Shown here piece after piece: positions 1 to 7,208 of a DNA stretch of 17,157 nt. The DNA is from Bdellovibrionota bacterium (GTDB lineage: Bacteria; Bdellovibrionota_C; UBA2361; OMII01), in the NCBI GenBank assembly GCA_044356215.1, contig JBIKWQ010000129.1:1-17157 (forward strand), written 5' to 3'. The first letter of the stretch is position 1. Every line of letters starts with the position of its first letter. The translations under genes and the position numbers were made by a program. The notes beneath the pieces were generated by a model, which did not search any database, was not told the DNA's origin, and worked only from the letters and a program-made list of their open reading frames with translations.

Positions 1-2063
1 CCAACGGATACGCCAACTAACACACCGACAGATACGCCGACAAATACGCCAACCAATACACCTACGCAGACCGCGACAAATACGCCAACTGACACACCGA
101 CAAATACGCCAACAGATACACCGACAAATACACCGACAAATACACCAACAGATACGCCAACTAATACGCCGACCGATACGCCAACTAATACGCCAACGAA
201 TACTCCAACAAATACCCCGACAGATACACCAACAGACACGCCAACTAATACTCCAACGAATACGCCAACGGTAACACCAACTAATACTCCGACTAACACG
301 CCAACAGATACGCCAACTAATACACCGACAGATACACCGACGGATACTCCAACTAATACACCGACGAATACACCGACTAATACGCCAACAAATACACCAA
401 CTCAGACCGCAACAAATACGCCAACAGATACGCCGACAAATACGCCAACAGATACACCGACAAATACGCCAACAGATACACCGACAGATACGCCAACTAG
501 TACGCCAACCAATACACCAACTGATACGCCGACAAGCACCCCAACTAATACACCAACCGATACACCAACAGATACGCCAACTAATACTCCAACGAACACG
601 GCAACGGTGACACCGACAAATACGCCGACAAATACACCAACAGATACACCGACAAACACGCCAACAGATACACCAACAGATACACCGACATATACGCCGA
701 CAAACACTCCAACGAACACCCCAACGAATACGCCAACTCAGACAGCGACCAGTACGCCAACCGATACACCAACAAACACACCGTCCAATACACCAACCAA
801 TACACCAACCGATACACCGACAACTACTCCAACGAACACGCCTACGGATACACCTACAGAAACACCGACAAATACGCCAACCAACACGCCAACCGATACC
901 CCGACCGTAACCCCAACAAGTACGCCGACAGATACACCAACCAGCACGCCAACAGACACACCGACCGGTACGCCGACGAATACACCGACAAGCACGCCAA
1001 CTAACACCCCAACCGATACCCCAACCGATACCCCGACGAATACGCCGACGAATACACCAACCGATACACCGACAGTGACGCCAACAGATACGCCAACAGA
1101 TACACCGACGGTAACGCCAACTAATACACCGACGAGTACGGCAACCGATACGCCAACTGACACTCCAACTAATACGCCAACTGATACGCCAACAGATACA
1201 CCGACAAATACGCCGACTAACACGGCGACAGACACTCCAACTAATACACCGACAAATACACCAACCTATACGCCAACTGATACACCGACTAGCTCGCCGA
1301 CATATACGGCGACGGATACGCCGACAGTTACACCGACAGATACTCCAACTAATACACCAACTGATACTCCGACTAGCAGTCCGACATACACACCAACAGA
1401 CACACCAACCGCGTCGCCAACATACACACCAACAGATACACCAACGGCTACACCGACGGATACACCGACCGACACTCCAACTAGTAGCCCGACGGTCACA
1501 CCGACTTACACGGCGACGGACACCCCGACTGTAACTCCAACAGACACCCCAACTTACACACCAACAGACACGCCGACAGACACACCTACTGATACTCCGA
1601 CCAACACGCCAACAGCCACCGGAACATCAACGCCGACCTACACACCGACCGATACACCTACCGGCACTCCGACTAACACGCCAACTGATACCCCTACAGA
1701 TACGCCAACGCATACCCCGACGAATACACCGACCGATACGCCAACTAATACCCCAACTAATACGCCAACCAACACGCCGACGAACACACCAACATCGACG
1801 CCGACGAGCTCGCCAACAAACACACCTACCGTGACACCGACAATGACGGCTACTGATACCCCAACTAGCTCGCCAACTTACACGCCAACAGGCACACCTA
1901 CAGATACACCGACGAGTACACCAACATCGACACCGACGAACACTCCAACGGTTACACCGACCAGCACACCGACAAATACTCCAACTGTAACGCCTACTAA
2001 TACGCCGACGTACACCGCTAGTAATACGCCTACCGAGACACCGACATTTACTCCAACTCCACC
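1..2063 (+). repeat. Degenerate 12-bp coding tandem repeat (TPTN/TPTD tetrapeptide)
   Basis: Continuous 12-nt periodicity (acN ccN acN aay/gay) with synonymous third-position variation, ending at ...TPTFTPTPP near 2063. Confidence 0.95.
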
Positions 2064-3141
2064 TTCATACAACTTGAGCTTCCGAGTGGTGCGTGCATCT
2101 GGAACACCGCCTACTGGAGACCCAAGTGAACAGCAGACACCTATACCAGGCTTAAGGGTTGAGGTGGTAGAGGAGATTCAGACAACACCAGTGGCTATAC
2201 ATGAGGTGTTAACAGATAAAGACGGTAAACCGCTTACTCAGATCCAAGTTGATAGCGCATCCGACGTTACGATTCAGTCTCTCGACGCGACTATAGCCCG
2301 ATTCGCGGCGTCTGGCCCGGCCAGTGAGTTCGCGGATCCTCTAGCTCCAGCGGTAGTCGCTACTCCGATGATCGACTCGATGGTTGCTTGTCGAAGTATA
2401 GTAGCGGGCACTCCAGTTGTTGAGTTTAGATACAACAATATGAACGAGGCTCCGACAGAGGCATTGGTACCGATTACAGGCCTAAATCCAGAACTCTATA
2501 GAACACCTGAAACCCCACTGGACGATCTACGGCTCAATAGCATCAGGGGCGGCGATAGTGATGTTATACCAGATGCGAGCAATAGAGGAGCTACGCCGAA
2601 TGAGTCTAAACAGCTATTCATTAATGGTGAAGGATCGTTCCGCGTGCCATATGATACAGGATTTGGACCGCTTACATGGAGCTTCATCGGTAAGGAGACA
2701 ACTGTTGATAGCTCTACCAACCTCTGCGAAGGCGAGGGAACGATAAGATGTGATCTGCTATCACCTGAGCTAATCGAGCGTCTTGTAACCGAGCTACGTA
2801 GCACAGTGTCTGGAACTCTCAAAGCGGCTTCGAAGGTGATGAAGCTTGGAAGAAGTCCGTATCTAAAATCCAGCTCTAAAGCGATACGGGACATCCGCCG
2901 TCAGGCCAACGAACTTCTCGGAGCGTGGGTATGTCCTGCTGGAGCGACCATACCAAATAATAGCTGTGGCGCGATGAAGTTCCCGGCGAGCGCGCTGCAG
3001 AAGACTCACGAAGGTATATTCAGTAAACCAAGTCCGGTAAGACGACAGGTATTTGATAAACTCGGTAAATCTTACAACAGACGGTACCAGAGATTCCTGG
3101 CCACCACGTTCCCACAAGAGATAGTAAAGTGCGGAAAGTAA
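1..3141 (+). CDS. Very large Pro/Thr-repeat (mucin-like, probably surface or secreted) protein, 5'-truncated by the window edge
   Basis: Frame 1 is open from base 1 (cca acg gat acg = PTDT...) to TAA at 3139-3141, so the GTG at 607 in the ORF track is internal. About 687 residues of TPT[N/D/x] repeats precede a ~360-aa non-repetitive region with several Cys. Confidence 0.85.
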   Translation, partial: PTDTPTNTPTDTPTNTPTNTPTQTATNTPTDTPTNTPTDTPTNTPTNTPTDTPTNTPTDTPTNTPTNTPTNTPTDTPTDTPTNTPTNTPTVTPTNTPTNTPTDTPTNTPTDTPTDTPTNTPTNTPTNTPTNTPTQTATNTPTDTPTNTPTDTPTNTPTDTPTDTPTSTPTNTPTDTPTSTPTNTPTDTPTDTPTNTPTNTATVTPTNTPTNTPTDTPTNTPTDTPTDTPTYTPTNTPTNTPTNTPTQTATSTPTDTPTNTPSNTPTNTPTDTPTTTPTNTPTDTPTETPTNTPTNTPTDTPTVTPTSTPTDTPTSTPTDTPTGTPTNTPTSTPTNTPTDTPTDTPTNTPTNTPTDTPTVTPTDTPTDTPTVTPTNTPTSTATDTPTDTPTNTPTDTPTDTPTNTPTNTATDTPTNTPTNTPTYTPTDTPTSSPTYTATDTPTVTPTDTPTNTPTDTPTSSPTYTPTDTPTASPTYTPTDTPTATPTDTPTDTPTSSPTVTPTYTATDTPTVTPTDTPTYTPTDTPTDTPTDTPTNTPTATGTSTPTYTPTDTPTGTPTNTPTDTPTDTPTHTPTNTPTDTPTNTPTNTPTNTPTNTPTSTPTSSPTNTPTVTPTMTATDTPTSSPTYTPTGTPTDTPTSTPTSTPTNTPTVTPTSTPTNTPTVTPTNTPTYTASNTPTETPTFTPTPPSYNLSFRVVRASGTPPTGDPSEQQTPIPGLRVEVVEEIQTTPVAIHEVLTDKDGKPLTQIQVDSASDVTIQSLDATIARFAASGPASEFADPLAPAVVATPMIDSMVACRSIVAGTPVVEFRYNNMNEAPTEALVPITGLNPELYRTPETPLDDLRLNSIRGGDSDVIPDASNRGATPNESKQLFINGEGSFRVPYDTGFGPLTWSFIGKETTVDSSTNLCEGEGTIRCDLLSPELIERLVTELRSTVSGTLKAASKVMKLGRSPYLKSSSKAIRDIRRQANELLGAWVCPAGATIPNNSCGAMKFPASALQKTHEGIFSKPSPVRRQVFDKLGKSYNRRYQRFLATTFPQEIVKCGK

Positions 3142-3154
3142 GCTCCTCTCCTCC

Positions 3155-3970
3155 CTAACCCTCGAGCCTGAAAGCGATAGGAACAATTAAAGCGAGCTTG
3201 TTTTTGCGTAGGTCGTTTGGAAAAGCGGGAAATGGCGCGGCGCGCTCAGCCATAGCCTTAAGCTCCTCATCGAGGATCTGAGTCTCTGTGGATCGTAAGA
3301 TCTCTACATTAGCCAATGAGCCGTCAGAGCTAATCTCAAGCCGTATCGATCCTTCTCCGGACATTCGGCGCTTCAATGCTCTCTCGGGGTAGCGCTTCGC
3401 TCGCGCTATAAGTGTAGCCACCATATCTTGATAACTAATCCGTGCCTGCTCGAGTGAAATATCCACTCCGTTAGCGGTTCCGAGTTTGCCTGTCGAATTG
3501 CTTTCTCTCGCTTCTGAATCTCTCGATCGCTTAGAGCTATCCTCGTTGGTCGATCGATCAAGATTATCTTTGAGCTTGAGTGTAGAAGCCGGGATGATCC
3601 TTTTCGGAGACTCTGACTTCGTTGGAGTAGCAGGAGTAATTTCCGGTTCCGGCTTTTTATCCAATTCAGAGGAAATCACGGGAGTAACAGGATCTGGCTC
3701 TCCCTTTGGAAGTAGAGTGTCTAGCGCCGATAGCGGCACTATCGTTACATCTAGGATCTGTTCCTGCGGAATACCTACGAGCTCTTCACGTTGCCAGTAG
3801 GTAATGGCTAGGCAAATCGCGACAAGAAGGGTGTGAAGAGCCAGAGAGATAGCTGCCGCGCGTTTAAATAAAGGTTGCGCGTCATCGAGTCGCGACCCTC
3901 GCGGCACTGGATGCGGCCCCGCGCCATGGCGACTACACGCAACCTGAGATGGAAGAGATAAAGCAGACAC
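3155..3970 (-). CDS. tonB: TonB-family energy transducer
   Basis: N-terminal TM helix with S-x3-H (AAAISLALHTLLVAICLAI), Pro/Glu/Lys-rich linker, TonB_C domain (YPERALKRRMSGEGSIRLEISSDG...ILDEE...AAPFPAFP). The GTG start is uncertain. Confidence 0.85.
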   Translation of the reverse strand: MSALSLPSQVACSRHGAGPHPVPRGSRLDDAQPLFKRAAAISLALHTLLVAICLAITYWQREELVGIPQEQILDVTIVPLSALDTLLPKGEPDPVTPVISSELDKKPEPEITPATPTKSESPKRIIPASTLKLKDNLDRSTNEDSSKRSRDSEARESNSTGKLGTANGVDISLEQARISYQDMVATLIARAKRYPERALKRRMSGEGSIRLEISSDGSLANVEILRSTETQILDEELKAMAERAAPFPAFPNDLRKNKLALIVPIAFRLEG

Positions 3971-4149
3971 TTTGAATCCAAATAACTTATGCCGAGTTTT
4001 TAGTATTTCGCCTACGTATTAATACTACAGAGGCAGATATATAATCAATCCCTTCGCTTGGCATATCAAACACCCGCAAGATAATTATGGAGTCCTTAAG
4101 TGCCCTGGTGTTTTAAAGCTACAAATACAGTAATTTTAGCCAGTTATCA

Positions 4150-5694
4150 TCACAGGTCCTCAATAGAACTGAGGATCCTCTGCGCCTGGAGGCGAATATC
4201 GCTCTTCTCTTTCTCAGGCATCTTCTTTAGTAACTGGTAGCCCATACCAATTCGAGGGTTCTTCGACAGCTCGTCCTCGTGGCGCATTAAAAAATCCCAG
4301 TAGAGCGAATTGAAAGGACACGCCCGCTCCCCTAAACGCTCCTTGTATCGATAGAAGCATGAGCCGCAGTAGTTAGACATCTTGTTTACATACGCTGCGC
4401 TTGAGTGATACGGCTTCGTGCCAACGATCCCTCCATCCGCAAATTGACTCATCCCTCTGGTGTTAGGAAGCTGTACCCATTCAAGGGCATCGATATAGAT
4501 CCCCAGATACCAGGCATCAACTTGGTCGGGATCGATTCCAGTCATCATAGTGAAATTACCAGTGACCATTAAACGCTGTATGTGGTGCGCGTAGCCCTCG
4601 CGAAGTGACTGAGTCACGGCGTGTTTTACACAGTTCATCTTAGTTTCACCGGTCCAAAAATAACCCGGGAGATCTCTTGATGCGCCAAGGGCGTTGAGGG
4701 TTTTGTACTTAGGCATCTCTGTCCAGTAGATCCCGCGCATAAACTCGCGCCAGCCTGCTATCTGTCTAACAAATCCTTCGACCTGAGCTAGACTTATCGC
4801 GCCTTTACTCGCTTTAAACGCGGCGACCGCGGCATCAACTACCTCTAATGGGGAGATGTGCTTAACATTTAACGAGAACGAGAGGCGCGAGTGAAAGAGG
4901 AAGGGATAATCCGTATGCATCGCGTCCTGATACGAGCCAAAGCTTGGCAGAAGCTCATTACAGAAATACTTTAGAGTGCTCAGCGCCTCGGTCCTTGTAA
5001 CGGGCCAGGTGAAACTATCAGGCTCGACTGAGCCGATAGTCTCTATTTGCTCTGATTTTATCAGTTTTATGAGATCGCTAACGTTTCGCTTAAAGAGTTT
5101 AGGTTGAGGTGGCTTTAGATCCTTAGGGAGTTTGTTGCGGTTCTCTGCGTCGAAATTCCATCGACCACCTAGGGGCTCGCCGTCCTCCATCAATATGTCA
5201 TATCGTTTCCTTACAGCCCGATAGAAGCTCTCCATCACGTAACGTTTGTGGCCCTTAAAGACATCTGCAAAAAAATCTGGCTCTACGAGGAAGTGTTCGC
5301 TAGATACGCACCTGCTTTGGAGAGATAAGGTATTACAGAGAGCTTTTAGGTTATCGCTGACGCGATATTCGTCCGGTTGCTGATACTCAAAACTTGAGTA
5401 ATTCCCAGATTCGATAATTCGCTTGATATTTCCCTCAAGAGACCTAGAGTTGTCTCGGTCGTCAAGGGTGATGTAGATAACTTTAAATCCCTTGGATTGT
5501 AATTCATCAGCAAACGCGCGCATCGCTAAAAAGAAGGCTATAACTTTCTGAATGTGGTGCTTTACATACTCGGATTCAGCATGTACCTCCATCATAAGAT
5601 AGGTGACTGAATCGGCACGTTCCTTAAACCATGAGTGATCGTGATTTAGTTGGTCGCCTAGGATTAGCCTTAAGGTTCTAGTTTTTGTACTCAT
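4150..5694 (-). CDS. Cryptochrome/photolyase family protein, Fe-S bacterial subgroup (PhrB-like, probable (6-4) photolyase)
   Basis: LRLILGDQL, HIQK, GGRWNFDAENR, LFHSRLS, EGFVRQIAGWREF, YAHHIQRLM, EWVQLPNTRGMSQFADGG; four Fe-S Cys (MNC, NYCGSC, ACPF). Start moved to ATG 5694 (MSTKTRTLRL), just after the DUF2256 stop. Confidence 0.92.
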   Translation of the reverse strand: MSTKTRTLRLILGDQLNHDHSWFKERADSVTYLMMEVHAESEYVKHHIQKVIAFFLAMRAFADELQSKGFKVIYITLDDRDNSRSLEGNIKRIIESGNYSSFEYQQPDEYRVSDNLKALCNTLSLQSRCVSSEHFLVEPDFFADVFKGHKRYVMESFYRAVRKRYDILMEDGEPLGGRWNFDAENRNKLPKDLKPPQPKLFKRNVSDLIKLIKSEQIETIGSVEPDSFTWPVTRTEALSTLKYFCNELLPSFGSYQDAMHTDYPFLFHSRLSFSLNVKHISPLEVVDAAVAAFKASKGAISLAQVEGFVRQIAGWREFMRGIYWTEMPKYKTLNALGASRDLPGYFWTGETKMNCVKHAVTQSLREGYAHHIQRLMVTGNFTMMTGIDPDQVDAWYLGIYIDALEWVQLPNTRGMSQFADGGIVGTKPYHSSAAYVNKMSNYCGSCFYRYKERLGERACPFNSLYWDFLMRHEDELSKNPRIGMGYQLLKKMPEKEKSDIRLQAQRILSSIEDL

Positions 5695-5699
5695 CAGAA

Positions 5700-5873
5700 T
5701 TACTCTTTCCGTTTCGATGCGCTGCTTCTCTGGCATCGCTCACTACAATAAATCACCCGATCCCAGTTGTTGCGCCACCTCTTTCTCCACGCGAAAACCC
5801 GCGAGCAGGTAGGGCAGATCTTTGTTGGGAGGTCACTTTTTAGCCCTTTTGGGCGATCTTTAGGGCGTTTCAT
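5700..5873 (-). CDS. DUF2256 family small Cys protein (57 aa)
   Basis: KSDLPTKICPTCSRVFAWRKRWRNNWDRVIYCSERC fits the DUF2256 pattern, a family often next to photolyase genes. Start moved to ATG 5873, which removes the overlap with lysA. Confidence 0.88.
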   Translation of the reverse strand: MKRPKDRPKGLKSDLPTKICPTCSRVFAWRKRWRNNWDRVIYCSERCQRSSASKRKE

Positions 5874-5946
5874 GGTTATTAAGGTAACAGAGAGGAGGCC
5901 AGAGTTCTTCCACAGGCGCCCTTCCTTAGCTATACTGGCCAGCGTT

Positions 5947-7206
5947 ATGAAGAGCAACCTACCTTTTTCAAAATCCGAGATAGATGATCTAACCAGCAGG
6001 CATCCCACGCCTTTTTATCTCTACACAGAGAAAGAGATCGTTGATAACGCTAAAAGACTAGTTCAGGCTTTTTCGTGGAATAAAGGCTTCAAAGAATACT
6101 TTGCTGTTAAGGCTACACCAAACCCATTTTTGATGAAGATCTTAAGAGCTAACGGTCTTGGAATGGACGCAAGCTCCTTAGCGGAGCTAAAGCTTAGTGA
6201 AGCCAGTGGCGCTCGAGGTGAGGAGATTATGTTCACCTCGAATAATACGCCAGCAGCAGAGTACTTAAAGGCGCGTGAGCTAGGCGCTATTATCAATCTA
6301 GACGACCTAACTCAGATCGATTACCTCAATGAGCATGTTGGTATTCCGGAGCTTATATCGTTTCGTTTAAATCCCGGATCGGAGCTTGGTGGGTCAGATA
6401 TAATAGGGAAGCCAGAGGAAGCTAAGTTTGGATTGACCAGAGAGCAACTTGTTGCAGCTTATCGTCAGGCGAAGGAGCTGGGAGCTAAACGTTTCGGTAT
6501 CCACACGATGCCGATCTCCAATCATTTAGAGATCGATTACTTTCAGCAAACCGTGAGAGTTCTGCTAAAGATATCGCTTGAGCTGCGCGCGGAGCTAGGA
6601 ATAAATATTGAGTTTATCAATATAGGGGGAGGGCTTGGAATCCCTTACCGTCCGGAGGAGAGGTCGCTTGATGTTGAGGCACTTAGCGGCCTGATCCAGC
6701 GAGCCTATCAAGAGACCCTGGCAGGCACCGGCCTTGAGCCACCTAAGTTATTTATGGAGTGCGGGCGATTTATCACGGGACCATACGGATACTTAATCAC
6801 CCGCGCTGTTCATACAAAAGAGATATACCGTAATTACATCGGTGTAGACGCGACGATGGCTAATCTTATGCGTCCCGGGATGTACGATGCGTATCACCAC
6901 ATAACCGTTCTTGGAAAAGAACAAGCGCCAAACACCGAAGTATACGATGTAGTAGGTTCGTTGTGTGAAAATAACGACAAATTCGCTAAAAAACGAAACC
7001 TTCCTAAGATTGAAGTTGGAGATCTGCTGGTCATTCACGACGCCGGAGCTCACGGACACTCAATGGGCTTTAATTATAACGGAAAGCTGCGCTCCGCGGA
7101 GTTGCTAAAGAGGCCAGATGGATCGGTTATCGAGATCCGCAGGGCTGAAACTTACAAGGATCTCTTCGCGACGCTGGATCTAGCTCGGGTGGGAGACTTC
7201 TCGTAA
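5947..7206 (+). CDS. lysA: Diaminopimelate decarboxylase (PLP-dependent)
   Basis: PTPFYLY, FAVKATPNP (PLP Lys), KFG, INIGGGLGIPY, ECGRFITG, GSLCENNDKF, GAHGHSMGFNYNGK. Start moved to ATG 5947 (MKSNLPF; 419 aa). Confidence 0.95.
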   Translation: MKSNLPFSKSEIDDLTSRHPTPFYLYTEKEIVDNAKRLVQAFSWNKGFKEYFAVKATPNPFLMKILRANGLGMDASSLAELKLSEASGARGEEIMFTSNNTPAAEYLKARELGAIINLDDLTQIDYLNEHVGIPELISFRLNPGSELGGSDIIGKPEEAKFGLTREQLVAAYRQAKELGAKRFGIHTMPISNHLEIDYFQQTVRVLLKISLELRAELGINIEFINIGGGLGIPYRPEERSLDVEALSGLIQRAYQETLAGTGLEPPKLFMECGRFITGPYGYLITRAVHTKEIYRNYIGVDATMANLMRPGMYDAYHHITVLGKEQAPNTEVYDVVGSLCENNDKFAKKRNLPKIEVGDLLVIHDAGAHGHSMGFNYNGKLRSAELLKRPDGSVIEIRRAETYKDLFATLDLARVGDFS

Positions 7207-7208
7207 CC

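Noticed and set aside
1..2063. CRISPR array or non-coding satellite
   Set aside because: No constant repeat with unique spacers; variation is concentrated at synonymous positions, indicating coding constraint.
402..2072. Minus-strand (VGVS/VGVF)n hydrophobic ORFs and the 581-823 ORF
   Set aside because: Antisense shadows of the TPTx repeat; fragmented by stops while the plus frame is uninterrupted.
4030..4095. Fur box upstream of tonB
   Set aside because: Only partial GATAAT/ATAATC matches in AT-rich DNA; no convincing 19-bp palindrome.
5767..5946. 60-aa N-terminal extension of LysA, and the extensions of DUF2256 (to 6008) and photolyase (to 5736)
   Set aside because: They overlap neighbouring genes; family similarity begins at ATGs 5947, 5873 and 5694.
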